Source of the DNA: Bacteroidia bacterium
Lineage (GTDB): Bacteria > Bacteroidota > Bacteroidia > SXHM01
Direction of reading: 5' to 3'
Assembly (NCBI GenBank): GCA_050186075.1
Contig: JBFWYU010000019.1
Coordinates: forward strand, 18,096-82,095
DNA: 64,000 nt
Part shown: piece after piece, positions 48,951-59,423 of the stretch
Position numbering within the stretch: position 1 is the stretch's first letter
Layout of the letters: every line of letters starts with the position of its first letter
Notes under the pieces: model-generated
Database searches by the model: none
Seen by the model: only the letters and a program-made list of their open reading frames with translations
What the model was told of the DNA's origin: nothing
Program-made: the position numbers and the translations under genes

Positions 48951-50606
48951 ATGAAAAAAGATTACACTTTATTATTGATTGCTTCTTATCTATTGACTTT
49001 AAGCAGTTATGCACAACAAATTATTTCGATTGACTTTTTGCGTTCGTTTACAACAGAGCAAATTGATTCAACCTTTACGGCAAACGGAATACCGCTATTA
49101 GTTGTCCCTACAACGTATGCTGTAAATGCTTATAAAATAACTTACAATACGGTAAGCTATGACGGAATAACACCAACTTTTGCAACTGGCGCGTTGTTAG
49201 TACCACAGGGAACTCCCTGCAAAACACCTTTAATCAGCTACCAGCATGGAACAACAACATTGCGTTACGGTGTTCCCTCCTATTTATCAGGCGAAATTGT
49301 AATCGGACTGGCCGAAGCAACAGATGGCTATACCATTGCTATGCCTGATTATCTGGGACTTGGTGATGGTCCCGGTATCCATCCTTATATACATGCTGCT
49401 TCAGAAGCTACTGCATCATTAGATATGTTGAGGGCAACACGCGAAGCGCAGGATAGTCTTGATTTTGCATTAAACGGACAATTATTTTTAGTAGGCTATT
49501 CGCAGGGCGGACATGCTACCATGGCTTTACATCGTTTGATTGAAACTGATTTTTCGGATGAATTTACCGTTACTGCTTCTGCTCCTATGTCTGGCCCCTA
49601 CGATGTTTCGGGTGTGCAGGCTGATGTAATTGTTAATGATAGTGTTTATTCACAGCCAGGGTACTTACCATATATTTTACAATCATACAATACGGTTTAC
49701 AATTTATTTGTTGACTATGCAGATGTTTTTCAGTCGCCTTATGATGTTACACTGCCACCGCTGTTGGATGGTACTCACGATATGGGCGAATTGAATGCTG
49801 CCATGCCCAGCATTCCAAATCAAATTATGATTCCTGAAGTATTGGATTCATTCATCAACAATCAGGATCATTATTTCAGAGCGGCCTTGCGCGATAATGA
49901 TGTATATGACTGGACACCTGTTTCGCCCGTAAAAATGTTTTACTGCGAAGCAGATGATGAAGTATACTACATGAATGCACTTGTGGCTTATGATAAATTT
50001 ATTGAAAACGGTGCTACATCTGCAGAACTGATGAGTGCAGGTGCAAACTTCGGACATTTTGAATGTGCGTTTTATGCTTTGTCGGGTGGAAAGACATGGT
50101 TTGATACGTTTAGGAGTGATGAAATAAGTCTTGACTATATAATACAACCTCATGTTTCTCCTAGTTTTGGTGGAGTTGGAAGCATAGAACTCACTATCCA
50201 AGGCGGAACAGAACCATTTACATTTCAATGGTCCAATGGAGATACAACACAAAATATTGATAGTCTTGAACAAGGGATTTATTCTGTATCAGTAACAGAT
50301 GCTAATGGCTGCAGTGTAAATGGTCAGGCTGAAGTATACACAATAGGTATAAATGAGATTTCATCAACCAATTTCCAACTTTTCCCTAACCCTTTCAACG
50401 AATCAACAACTATTAAATTTGATGAAACACCTGCCAACGCAACGCTTGATATTATTGACCTGAGCGGAAAATTATTACGCAGTGAAAACATTTCGGGTAA
50501 GAATCAGGTTATGATAGAACGCAAACAAATGAGCAGCGGAACTTATTTTTTGAGGGTTACGGAAAAAGACAAGTCTCCATCTTTTGCTAAGTTGATAATT
50601 AATTAG
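48951..50606 (+). CDS. T9SS-secreted lipase (secretory lipase-type alpha/beta hydrolase)
   Basis: SYQHGT, PDYLGLG, GYSQGG nucleophile motif, SprB-like repeat, FPNPF CTD. Confidence 0.85.
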   Translation: MKKDYTLLLIASYLLTLSSYAQQIISIDFLRSFTTEQIDSTFTANGIPLLVVPTTYAVNAYKITYNTVSYDGITPTFATGALLVPQGTPCKTPLISYQHGTTTLRYGVPSYLSGEIVIGLAEATDGYTIAMPDYLGLGDGPGIHPYIHAASEATASLDMLRATREAQDSLDFALNGQLFLVGYSQGGHATMALHRLIETDFSDEFTVTASAPMSGPYDVSGVQADVIVNDSVYSQPGYLPYILQSYNTVYNLFVDYADVFQSPYDVTLPPLLDGTHDMGELNAAMPSIPNQIMIPEVLDSFINNQDHYFRAALRDNDVYDWTPVSPVKMFYCEADDEVYYMNALVAYDKFIENGATSAELMSAGANFGHFECAFYALSGGKTWFDTFRSDEISLDYIIQPHVSPSFGGVGSIELTIQGGTEPFTFQWSNGDTTQNIDSLEQGIYSVSVTDANGCSVNGQAEVYTIGINEISSTNFQLFPNPFNESTTIKFDETPANATLDIIDLSGKLLRSENISGKNQVMIERKQMSSGTYFLRVTEKDKSPSFAKLIIN

Positions 50607-50631
50607 CCCTTCTACTACGCTCAGGGTGACA
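50606..50631. repeat. REP-like half element
   Basis: GCCCTTCTACTACGCTCAGGGTGACA, reverse complement of the 38084 left arm. Confidence 0.75.
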
Positions 50632-50633
50632 AT

Positions 50634-52448
50634 ATGGGATACAACAGTTTACGCGAATGCATCAACGACCTTGAAAAAAACAAGCAACTTGTTCGCATAA
50701 AAGAAGAGGTTGATCCCAGCCTTGAAATGGCGGCAATTCATTTGCGGGTGCATGAAGCAGGTGGCCCCGCTGTATATTTCGAGAACATAAAAGGCAGCAA
50801 ATTTCCGGCAGTTTCTAACCTGTTTGGCACAACAGAGCGCAGCCGTTTTATTTTTCGTGACAGCTTGAAAACAGTTAAGAAACTAGTCGCACTAAAAGCT
50901 GACCCAACTGCATTTATAAAAAATCCCTTTGAGTATGCGGAACTTCCTTTTCATGCTTTCAATGCGCTGCCAAGAAAGAAATATCGTATTCCTCATCTCA
51001 CTGCAAACATCTCCGATTTACCTCAAATAAAATGCTGGGAAAAAGATGGCGGAGCATTTATAACATTGCCACAGGTATTTACTGAAGACATTGACAAGCC
51101 AGGAGTGATGAATGGAAATCTGGGTATGTATCGCATTCAACTTAGCGGCAATGAGTATGTGCAGGAGAAAGAAATTGGCCTGCACTACCAATTGCATCGA
51201 GGTATTGGCGTGCATCAAACTAAAGCAAATGCAAAAGGGCAACCTTTGAAGGTGAGCATTTTTGTGGGCGGCCCTCCCTCCCACTCTTTTGCTGCGGTGA
51301 TGCCGCTTCCCGAAGGTTTGAGTGAACTTACTTTTGCAGGTGTTTTGGGCGCACGCAGATTTCGCTATGCTATTATAGATGGCTATGTTATTTCAACTGA
51401 TGCTGATTTTGTAATTACCGGAGAAGTTTATCCGAATGAGAATAAACCCGAAGGTCCGTTTGGTGACCATTTGGGTTATTACAGTTTGAAACACGATTTT
51501 CCTTTGATGCGCGTTCACAAAGTGTATCACCGCAAAGATGCTATCTGGCCTTTTACCGTTGTAGGGAGACCACCTCAGGAAGACACAGCATTCGGAAATA
51601 TGATTCACGAAATAGCTGGTGCAATGGTTCCCGCTTCCATTCCGGGATTGCACGATGTGCATGCAGTAGATGCAAGCGGAGTGCATCCTCTTTTATTGGC
51701 ATTGGGAAGCGAGCGTTATACACCTTATCTTAAAGAACGTAAGCCGCAGGAGATTCTCACGATTGCAAATCATATACTTGGTTTCAATCAGATGTCGCTG
51801 GCTAAGTATTTAATTATTGCCGCTAAAAATGACAATCCTGATTTAGATACGCACGATGTTCAACCTTTCTTTAGACATGTACTGGAACGTGTTGACTGGA
51901 CACGCGACCTACATTTTCATACACGCACTACAATAGATACATTGGATTACAGCGGAACAGATATTAACAGCGGAAGCAAAGTAGTGATAGCAGCAGCGGG
52001 CGAAAGGAAACGTGAACTCGGAACTTCACTCCCTGCAGATTTTACTTTACCTGAAGGTTTTTCGCATCCGAGAATTGCAATGCCAGGTGTACTTATTTTA
52101 GAGGTTAGAAACTCAAAGTTAGAAGTTGAAAAACTGGAAAAACATCTACTATCTAACACCCAACTTCTAACCTCCTTCCCATTAATTGTTCTTGTTGATG
52201 ATAGTGATTTTACTTCAAAAACATTAAACAATTTCCTTTGGGTAACCTTTACCCGCAGCAATCCATCGCACGATATTTACGGTGTTGATTCGTTTACCGA
52301 ACACAAGCACTGGGGATGTAAAGGTTCACTGATAATTGATTCGCGCATCAAACCACATCACGCTCCTGTGCTGGAGAAAAACCCGGAGATAGAAAAGCGA
52401 GTAGATGCTTTAGGTGTGAAAGGAAAATCCCTGCACGGGTTTATTTAA
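50634..52448 (+). CDS. UbiD-family (prFMN) decarboxylase
   Basis: NLFGT, NLGMYR, EGPFGDHLGYY, GRPPQED, DTLDYS. Confidence 0.9.
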   Translation: MGYNSLRECINDLEKNKQLVRIKEEVDPSLEMAAIHLRVHEAGGPAVYFENIKGSKFPAVSNLFGTTERSRFIFRDSLKTVKKLVALKADPTAFIKNPFEYAELPFHAFNALPRKKYRIPHLTANISDLPQIKCWEKDGGAFITLPQVFTEDIDKPGVMNGNLGMYRIQLSGNEYVQEKEIGLHYQLHRGIGVHQTKANAKGQPLKVSIFVGGPPSHSFAAVMPLPEGLSELTFAGVLGARRFRYAIIDGYVISTDADFVITGEVYPNENKPEGPFGDHLGYYSLKHDFPLMRVHKVYHRKDAIWPFTVVGRPPQEDTAFGNMIHEIAGAMVPASIPGLHDVHAVDASGVHPLLLALGSERYTPYLKERKPQEILTIANHILGFNQMSLAKYLIIAAKNDNPDLDTHDVQPFFRHVLERVDWTRDLHFHTRTTIDTLDYSGTDINSGSKVVIAAAGERKRELGTSLPADFTLPEGFSHPRIAMPGVLILEVRNSKLEVEKLEKHLLSNTQLLTSFPLIVLVDDSDFTSKTLNNFLWVTFTRSNPSHDIYGVDSFTEHKHWGCKGSLIIDSRIKPHHAPVLEKNPEIEKRVDALGVKGKSLHGFI

Positions 52449-53026
52449 CCCGCTTTCTTTACATATTTGGTAAGTATTACAATCGTCTGACCATTAACTC
52501 GGCCCTCTATCTGCTCGGCATTATCCCAAACCAGATTTATGTTGCGAACAGAAGTGCCGCGCTTGGCAGCAAACTGCGAACCTTTAATATCCAAATCTTT
52601 AATGATTACAACGGTATCACCATTTTGTAACACTGAACCATTGCTGTCAATGTGTTTTACTTTATCATCGTTATTAGCAGCTTCATCCTGTCCGGTCTGT
52701 GCCCATCTCAGAGTTTCTTCATCAAGGTACATTGTGTCTAATAAATCCTGTGTCCAGCCTTGCGAGCGAAGGCGAGTAAGCATGCGCCATGCCACAACCT
52801 GCACAGCAGGAACAGTGCTCCACATACTCTCATTCAGGCAGCGCCAGTGATTGGTGTCTTCTGTTCCGGGATTATTGATTTGAGCCGAACAGGTTTCGCA
52901 AATCAGGGTACTTTTATCTGCACTTCCGTCTGAAGGAGCAACAGCAAATACGGTTAAACCATCTGTACTTCCGCACAATTCGCAGCTTGTTGCGCTGCGT
53001 TCTTTCAATTCACTTTCTACACTCAT
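52445..53026 (-). CDS. PhnA/YjdM domain protein (zinc ribbon plus PhnA C-domain)
   Basis: CELC...CETC; DSNGSVLQNGDTVVIIKDL...KRGT. Confidence 0.88.
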   Translation of the reverse strand: MSVESELKERSATSCELCGSTDGLTVFAVAPSDGSADKSTLICETCSAQINNPGTEDTNHWRCLNESMWSTVPAVQVVAWRMLTRLRSQGWTQDLLDTMYLDEETLRWAQTGQDEAANNDDKVKHIDSNGSVLQNGDTVVIIKDLDIKGSQFAAKRGTSVRNINLVWDNAEQIEGRVNGQTIVILTKYVKKAG

Positions 53027-53034
53027 TCCTTATT

Positions 53035-54084
53035 TTATTTAAAACTGATTTCGCTTAACTCAATTGTTTTCTCAATTCTCTGCTCGTCTTTCACATCCCA
53101 TATTTCCATTTTTATTTTTGGAACGGTTGCGTTCCAGTCAATCGAGATTAACCCGAAATGATTTTCCATAATGGGGCCTTCTATCCTGTTTTTATTGGGA
53201 CATGCGAACTTCCATGTTGATGATAAGCCGCTGGAAGTAACATCGTAAATCGGATACAAATCAGGTTCAATAAGTTTTGAGATTTCGGCATAATGAACAT
53301 CACCTGTGATGAAAACAACACCATTTGCTTTGGTCTTTTTTATGAGATTCAGAAAACGTTTTTGCTCGTGCGGCATGTTGGCCCAGGCTTCGTAACCATT
53401 GAATTCAATACCGAATTGTGTGCCTGAACCAATGATACGCATATCAGCAGGTTTGCTTAGTTCACCTTCCAGCCATTTCCATTGTTCTTCGCCCAAAAAA
53501 GTTTTGGTGGTATCGGTATGTGGCGTATAATCGAGGTGATAGAAATAACGTTTGTCTCGACTGAACTGCCCTGTGTATGGTTTCAGATCATCGCGAAAGG
53601 TGCGGTTGTCAACCAGAATGATTTGTAGTTTTTTGCCTTTAGTTTCATACATGTAGGAAGTATAAATGCCCTCGTGCTTGCGTCTTTCAGAATCCTTTGG
53701 TTCATTGAAAAACTCCAGAAATATTTCCTTCGATTCAGCTTTAAAAGGATAATGGCGACCTGCATCATTTTTGCCATAATCGTGGTCATCCCAGGTGGCA
53801 ATAATGGGAACATTTTTTTTTAGATTTTGAAAGGTAGGTTTTGCGGCAAGCGTAGCATAATCCTCTTTCAGGTCACTCATGTTTCGGGTATCGCCATAAA
53901 GGTTATCGCCAAGAAAGATGAATAAATCGGGTTTGTGCTTTACCACCACATCAAAAATGGGCAAAGGGCTATCCTGACTGCCGCAGGATCCAAAGGCTAT
54001 TTTTGAAACGGAGGTTTGTGCAAACGAATGATGAACTGTAAAGCAAACCAGAAAAACGGAAAAGAAATTTTTAACAAACGACAT
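53035..54084 (-). CDS. phoD: Alkaline phosphatase D family protein
   Basis: AFGSC, LGDNLY, WDDHDYGKND, LGEEQWKW, TGDVHY. Confidence 0.88.
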   Translation of the reverse strand: MSFVKNFFSVFLVCFTVHHSFAQTSVSKIAFGSCGSQDSPLPIFDVVVKHKPDLFIFLGDNLYGDTRNMSDLKEDYATLAAKPTFQNLKKNVPIIATWDDHDYGKNDAGRHYPFKAESKEIFLEFFNEPKDSERRKHEGIYTSYMYETKGKKLQIILVDNRTFRDDLKPYTGQFSRDKRYFYHLDYTPHTDTTKTFLGEEQWKWLEGELSKPADMRIIGSGTQFGIEFNGYEAWANMPHEQKRFLNLIKKTKANGVVFITGDVHYAEISKLIEPDLYPIYDVTSSGLSSTWKFACPNKNRIEGPIMENHFGLISIDWNATVPKIKMEIWDVKDEQRIEKTIELSEISFK

Positions 54085-54095
54085 AAAACTGATTG

Positions 54096-54827
54096 TTAGT
54101 TATGCTTTAATATCCCTTCAGCTATCAAGTACTCAGCAATTACATAGGTACTGAAAATAGTGAACCCTGCATAGTAAGTTGGTTCTGACAGCGCCAGAAA
54201 ATTAATGGCAATAAGTGAATCTGAAATAAGAAAAATACAGGCGCCTATAAAGGTAAGCCTAAAGCTTTGTGCAGTTGTTTTTCCGTAGCGGCTTAATGCA
54301 GTTGCCGCCATGCTCACTAGCACACCCGAATAAATAATAACCGGGATAGTTGCCGCCTGCTTTTCTTCGTTTGACTGCAAAGGCGGCAAAATAACAGCTA
54401 ACATGATTATCCAGAAAATGAAGAAAGGCAGATAGTATAATTTTTTCAAGGGAGTTGGTGATGATGCAACAGTTACCGATTTGCTGTACGATGTTATAAA
54501 TAGAATTTGTGTTACCAGAAATGAAGTTAATCCACCCAAAAAGTAATTCTTGTTTTTAGAGATACCCATGATTGTTGTATCGGCAGCCGTTTCAGGAGTG
54601 AGCATCAGAAAAATATCGCCAAACCACGAGAACAGAAATGCAGCAAGCATAAGTTTATGAACTGCAGTTAAACTTCCCTTTACCGATGTAAAAAAATAAA
54701 GCGCAATGAGCGGGAGAACCAAGGGCTTGGTAAAAAACACCAACTGACTGTCGTGAATAAACTCTGCGTATAGTTCAATAAGTGAAACACTAAAAATAAG
54801 GTAACGAAGAATAAGCGGAGAGTTCAT
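54096..54827 (-). CDS. YhhN/TMEM86 lysoplasmalogenase-like membrane protein
   Basis: TKPL, FSWFGDIFL, FLISDSLIA. Confidence 0.85.
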   Translation of the reverse strand: MNSPLILRYLIFSVSLIELYAEFIHDSQLVFFTKPLVLPLIALYFFTSVKGSLTAVHKLMLAAFLFSWFGDIFLMLTPETAADTTIMGISKNKNYFLGGLTSFLVTQILFITSYSKSVTVASSPTPLKKLYYLPFFIFWIIMLAVILPPLQSNEEKQAATIPVIIYSGVLVSMAATALSRYGKTTAQSFRLTFIGACIFLISDSLIAINFLALSEPTYYAGFTIFSTYVIAEYLIAEGILKHN

Positions 54828-54851
54828 ACTTCAGTTATTCCGAACTGATTT

Positions 54852-55304
54852 TTATTTTGTTTTTTTAACCTTAACGGCATTCATTCCTTTTATGCCGCGC
54901 TCCAGTTCAAAACTGACGTGATCATCAGCGGCAATCTCTTCAGTTACTCCTGAGATGTGTACAAAATACTTCTCTCCTGTGCCTGTTTCATTGATAAAAC
55001 CGTAGCCTTTGCTTTGGTCAAAAAACGCTACTTTACCTTGACGTTCAGGAGATTCTTCTTCGCCTTCTTCTTTGCGCGGAACACCCAACTCAATGGTAGA
55101 TGCATCAACTTTTTGTTTTTTTGCAGGATCGGGAGGTGTGCTGGATATTCTTCCGTATTCGTCCACATAGGCAATCATACTTTCGAAGCCACCGCTGCCG
55201 GCATTTGCTCTGCGTTCTTCTTTTTTCAGTTCTTTTTCCTGACGCTTTTTAAGGCGTTTGTTTTCTTTTTCTTTTTTAGCGTAAGTAGCTTGTGATTTTG
55301 CCAT
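54852..55304 (-). CDS. Cold-shock domain protein with basic N-terminal extension
   Basis: GKVAFFDQSKGYGFI, FVHIS. Confidence 0.9.
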   Translation of the reverse strand: MAKSQATYAKKEKENKRLKKRQEKELKKEERRANAGSGGFESMIAYVDEYGRISSTPPDPAKKQKVDASTIELGVPRKEEGEEESPERQGKVAFFDQSKGYGFINETGTGEKYFVHISGVTEEIAADDHVSFELERGIKGMNAVKVKKTK

Positions 55305-55326
55305 TGATTGTTATTACTTGTTTGAT

Positions 55327-56472
55327 TTAATTATTCTTTACCATCTTGAGCACTTCATCTACCATCAAATGAAAGTCCTGTGTGTGTTGCTCGCCTTCTT
55401 TGGGTGGTATGCGTGTATGTCCTAATCTTACTATTACCGTATTATATTCGGGTATGCTGATGATGTATTGCCCTAAGATACCGCGCTGATAAAACACCTT
55501 GGTTCCGTGTGAGTCATCTAGCCAGAAGGAGTAGCCGTAGTAAGGCACGAGAGGTCCTTTTGTAGCCAATTGCACAAAAGCAGTATCCAGAATTTGAGTA
55601 CCGTTCCAGTTGCCCTGATGCAACATCATTTTCCCGAAGCGGGCAAAATCGCGGGCGTTGGAATTAAAGCAGCAGTAGGCAAGATCAGTGCCCACCTCAT
55701 CGGTGTGCCACCTGGCTTCATTTTTTGCCTGCATGGGTTTCCATAACCATTCAGAGGCAAGTTCGGCCAATGTTTTTCCAGTTGCCTGCGTTATGCAGAG
55801 GCCGAGCAGCTGGGTAGAGCCACTCTGATAGTTATATTCTTTTCCTGGTTCATTTACAATGGGCAGGGTAAGCATCAGTTCTTTTACATCATCGCCATAA
55901 TAGGCTTTTGCTGTAACGCTGAAGGGGTCTTTGTATTTCTCGTCCCATTCCAGGCCTGAGCTCATGGTGCTGAGATGCCATAGTTCCAACTCAGGTGCAT
56001 GCGGGCCTTTTAATTCTGGTAACAATGTATTTACTTTTTGATTCCAGCCCTGCAGCAAACCTTTTTGAATGGCTATTTGTGCCAACATGGTAGTGATGCT
56101 TTTTGCCATGGAAAAAGAATTGGTTTGCGAGTTGGCCGAATAATTATCCCAATAGTTTTCGCTGATGATGCTGTCGTTTTTAATAACCAGAAAAGCAACG
56201 GTTTGTATCTGCTCCAGCGTTGTTCTCAGTTCGGGACTTATTGGTGTTTTGTTATAGTTGCGGTGCAGGTCCCACTCTTTGGGTTGCGCGGCCGGTTCAA
56301 CAATATGGGTATCAAAAAATTTAGCATCGTCAATGGTGGCCGAATTGTTGCCGTGCAGGTAACTTGCCCATAAACCTTTTACCAGATAGCCGTTGCCGCT
56401 TAGTTTTGCTGCTGCAAAAAGCAAAACAAAAAACAGAGCAATGCCTGCCAGAATTTTTAAAAGCCGTTTCAT
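55327..56472 (-). CDS. Serine hydrolase, beta-lactamase class C-like family
   Basis: SMAK (SxxK), YNYQSG, HLSTMSSG, DFARFG. Confidence 0.88.
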   Translation of the reverse strand: MKRLLKILAGIALFFVLLFAAAKLSGNGYLVKGLWASYLHGNNSATIDDAKFFDTHIVEPAAQPKEWDLHRNYNKTPISPELRTTLEQIQTVAFLVIKNDSIISENYWDNYSANSQTNSFSMAKSITTMLAQIAIQKGLLQGWNQKVNTLLPELKGPHAPELELWHLSTMSSGLEWDEKYKDPFSVTAKAYYGDDVKELMLTLPIVNEPGKEYNYQSGSTQLLGLCITQATGKTLAELASEWLWKPMQAKNEARWHTDEVGTDLAYCCFNSNARDFARFGKMMLHQGNWNGTQILDTAFVQLATKGPLVPYYGYSFWLDDSHGTKVFYQRGILGQYIISIPEYNTVIVRLGHTRIPPKEGEQHTQDFHLMVDEVLKMVKNN

Positions 56473-56609
56473 TAGCGGAATTTTTTTGAGAGAGATTGCG
56501 AAGATACGAAATTATAGGCTGCATATTTACACATTGCTTATCTAAGCAAATTCAATCTTCCTCTGTGTAATAAATTTCTACTTTTGCCCGTGCAACTAAT
56601 CACAAAACA

Positions 56610-57860
56610 ATGAAAGATATTTTTGAAAAAATAGCCGCTAACCGCGGTCCTCTTGGCGAGCATGCCAAAGAAGCACATGGATATTTTACTTTCCCAAAAC
56701 TGGAAGGCGAAATAAGTAACCGTATGGTATTTCGAGGAAAAGAGCGTTTGGTATGGAGCCTTAATAACTACCTTGGCCTTGCCAACCATCCCGAAGTGCG
56801 TAAAGCCGATGCCGATGCTGCAGCAAAATACGGAATGGCATTGCCTATGGGCGCACGTATGATGAGTGGCAACAGCGATTTGCACGAACAGTTGGAGCGC
56901 GAGCTTGCACAATTTGAAAGCAAAGAAGATTCGGTTCTGGTAAATTTCGGTTATCAAGGCATGGTAAGTGCCATTGATGCGCTGGTTGACCGTCACGATG
57001 TTATTGTTTATGATTCAGAGTCACATGCCTGCATATTAGACGGAGTGAGATTGCACATGGGCAAACGCTTTGTGTATCCCCACAACAATATTGAAAATTT
57101 AGAAAAACAATTGGAGCGCGCCACCAAAATGGTAAGCGAAACAGGCGGAGGAATATTGGTAATAACCGAAGGGGTATTCGGCATGAGTGGCGACCAAGGT
57201 AAACTGCGTGAAATTGTTGCGCTGAAAAAGAAATTTCAGTTCCGTTTGTTTGTGGATGATGCGCACGGCTTTGGCACACAAGGCAAAACAGGAGCCGGCA
57301 CAGGCGAAGAACAAGGTGTACAGGACGGCATTGATATTTATTTCGGAACCTTCGCTAAAGCTATGGCAAGCATCGGAGGATTTATTGCCACCACTGCTGA
57401 CGTTGCTGAGTTTCTGCGCTACAACATGCGCTCACAGATATTTGCCAAAGCTATGCCCATGCCATTAGTGGTGGGTGCATTGAAGCGATTAGAACTTCTG
57501 CGCACCAAACCCGAACTGAAAGATAAACTCTGGAATATTGTAAACGCCCTGCAAAACGGATTAAAAGAAGCCGGCTTTGAAATAGGCAACACACAAAGCT
57601 GCGTAACACCTGTTTACCTCAACGGCACGATACCCGAGGCCACCAACTTAATACTTGACCTGCGCGAGAACTACGATATTTTCTGCTCAATGGTGGTTTA
57701 CCCGGTAGTTCCGAAAGGAATTATTCTGCTGCGCCTGATACCAACAGCAGTGCATACCATGGAAGATGTAAAATACACCATTGACACTTTTTCTAAAATA
57801 CGTGTTGCACTGAAAGAAGGCAAATACCAGGGAACAAAGGTTACTCAGGTTTTAGCATGA
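56610..57860 (+). CDS. PLP-dependent alpha-oxoamine synthase, probably cysteate acyl-transferase (SulA/CapB type)
   Basis: NNYLGL, DDAHG, GTFAKA; N-terminal GPLG...AHGYFTFPKLEGE and RSQIFAK, recalled as typical of the SulA/CapB clade. Confidence 0.7.
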   Translation: MKDIFEKIAANRGPLGEHAKEAHGYFTFPKLEGEISNRMVFRGKERLVWSLNNYLGLANHPEVRKADADAAAKYGMALPMGARMMSGNSDLHEQLERELAQFESKEDSVLVNFGYQGMVSAIDALVDRHDVIVYDSESHACILDGVRLHMGKRFVYPHNNIENLEKQLERATKMVSETGGGILVITEGVFGMSGDQGKLREIVALKKKFQFRLFVDDAHGFGTQGKTGAGTGEEQGVQDGIDIYFGTFAKAMASIGGFIATTADVAEFLRYNMRSQIFAKAMPMPLVVGALKRLELLRTKPELKDKLWNIVNALQNGLKEAGFEIGNTQSCVTPVYLNGTIPEATNLILDLRENYDIFCSMVVYPVVPKGIILLRLIPTAVHTMEDVKYTIDTFSKIRVALKEGKYQGTKVTQVLA

Positions 57861-57930
57861 AGAATTGGTGAATTAGAGATTTGGCGAATTGCCAGCAATC
57901 ACTAATTCACAAATCGCTAAATAAATGTGA

Positions 57931-58698
57931 ATGAGGATACTTCTACCCGTTGATTTTTCTTCCAATTCAAGAGTTGCGGTTTATTATGCGCTCGAATTGT
58001 TTCCACAAGAAGAGAATTTGCTTATCCTTTTCCATTGCGCGAAGCCCGAAACCGAAGAGGCCGAGAAAAAACAGTTTGACGAATTTATTGGCACGCTGTC
58101 AACCGATAAAACATTTGAAACACTGACCGCAACAGGAATAACCGCAGAAGAAATAAAAAGCTGCGCACTGGAAACCCATGCCGATATAGTTGTATTAGGT
58201 CGTCACGGCAAACTCAATAGTCCTGAAAATGTGTTTGGCAAAACCATTTCAGCACTGATGGGCAATATTGAAACACCGCTGATTGTAGTACCCGAAGCGC
58301 ATCGCAGCACAGTACCTAAGAAAATTATTTACGCATCGGACCTTACCAACATAAATGAAGAGTTAAAAGGCATTATCCGTTTTGCAAAACGCTTTGATGC
58401 GCTTATTCACATTCTGCACATAGTACCCGAAGAACTGGAAGGCGAAACTTTTGACGAAGAGCAACGCAACCTTCAGATGATAACCCGCAATCTTTATCCA
58501 AAAATAAAATTTACGCCCTTTACCGGCAACGGAATTATTGAAGGTATTGATGAATTTGTAAAATGCGAGTACCCTGATTTACTTGCCTTCTATAAACACC
58601 CCGGCAACCTGCTGCAAACTCTCTGGGACATGGCACTTGCCGAAAAGGTAAGTATGCATAATCATTTGCCGGTGCTGCTGTTCAGAAAAGAGGAATAG
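57931..58698 (+). CDS. Universal stress protein (tandem Usp)
   Basis: ILLPVDFS, DIVVLGRHG, FGK, PLIVVP, IIYASD. Confidence 0.88.
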   Translation: MRILLPVDFSSNSRVAVYYALELFPQEENLLILFHCAKPETEEAEKKQFDEFIGTLSTDKTFETLTATGITAEEIKSCALETHADIVVLGRHGKLNSPENVFGKTISALMGNIETPLIVVPEAHRSTVPKKIIYASDLTNINEELKGIIRFAKRFDALIHILHIVPEELEGETFDEEQRNLQMITRNLYPKIKFTPFTGNGIIEGIDEFVKCEYPDLLAFYKHPGNLLQTLWDMALAEKVSMHNHLPVLLFRKEE

Positions 58699-58726
58699 GA
58701 GTAATTTATAATAAATTATAAGCCCG

Positions 58727-59398
58727 TCACTGCGTTGATGTAAGAGTTGCAGGTGTATTTACTGTAACAGATGCTCCGCTATTTACAGTAATAGTATTCA
58801 CAAATGCAGGTGAGGTATTTACTACAGGCAACGTTCCAACAACAGGAACAATGGCATTGGTTATATTGCCTGGTACACAGTTAGTCCAATTACAGACATC
58901 AAACCAATTAGTACTCACGGCACCTGTCCAGGTTGAAGCTGTTTGGGTAGTGCAAGGCGATGTGTTTTTTCTGAATTTTAATATTGCAGAAACTCCCGTA
59001 AAATCATGCATCTGGCAATTATAACGATTGACAATAGCTATATGGTCACCAGTATATGTTGCAGTCCAGGTTACTGAGGCTGCAACACCTCCACAATCGG
59101 GGCCATTATCGTCATTACCTGCTCTGTAGGTCCATGCCGGATTTGCATCATAAATAGATATCTGTGTATCAAAACTGCTTCCACACGTACTGATAGTATA
59201 ACTTACACCAGCATAGGCTGTAAAATAGGTGTAAGTTCCACTACCTACAGCAATGTTACCCGAAAAAGAACCGCAGGGTATGGTTGGATAATTTGTGCCT
59301 GACCATCCTGCCCAGTTGCATGGTTGTGCAAAGGATTTTGTATTGACAAAAACTCCAATCAATAAAATGATGCTGATATTTAAATAAAGTCTGTTCAT
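58727..59398 (-). CDS. Exported Cys-rich beta protein (pre-peptidase C-like domain)
   Basis: Signal peptide; YTISTCGSSFDTQI, NDDNGPDC, WTGAVSTNW; follows the fibre gene by 25 bp. Confidence 0.6.
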   Translation of the reverse strand: MNRLYLNISIILLIGVFVNTKSFAQPCNWAGWSGTNYPTIPCGSFSGNIAVGSGTYTYFTAYAGVSYTISTCGSSFDTQISIYDANPAWTYRAGNDDNGPDCGGVAASVTWTATYTGDHIAIVNRYNCQMHDFTGVSAILKFRKNTSPCTTQTASTWTGAVSTNWFDVCNWTNCVPGNITNAIVPVVGTLPVVNTSPAFVNTITVNSGASVTVNTPATLTSTQ

Positions 59399-59423
59399 TA
59401 ATAGTACTTATTGAAACACATTT

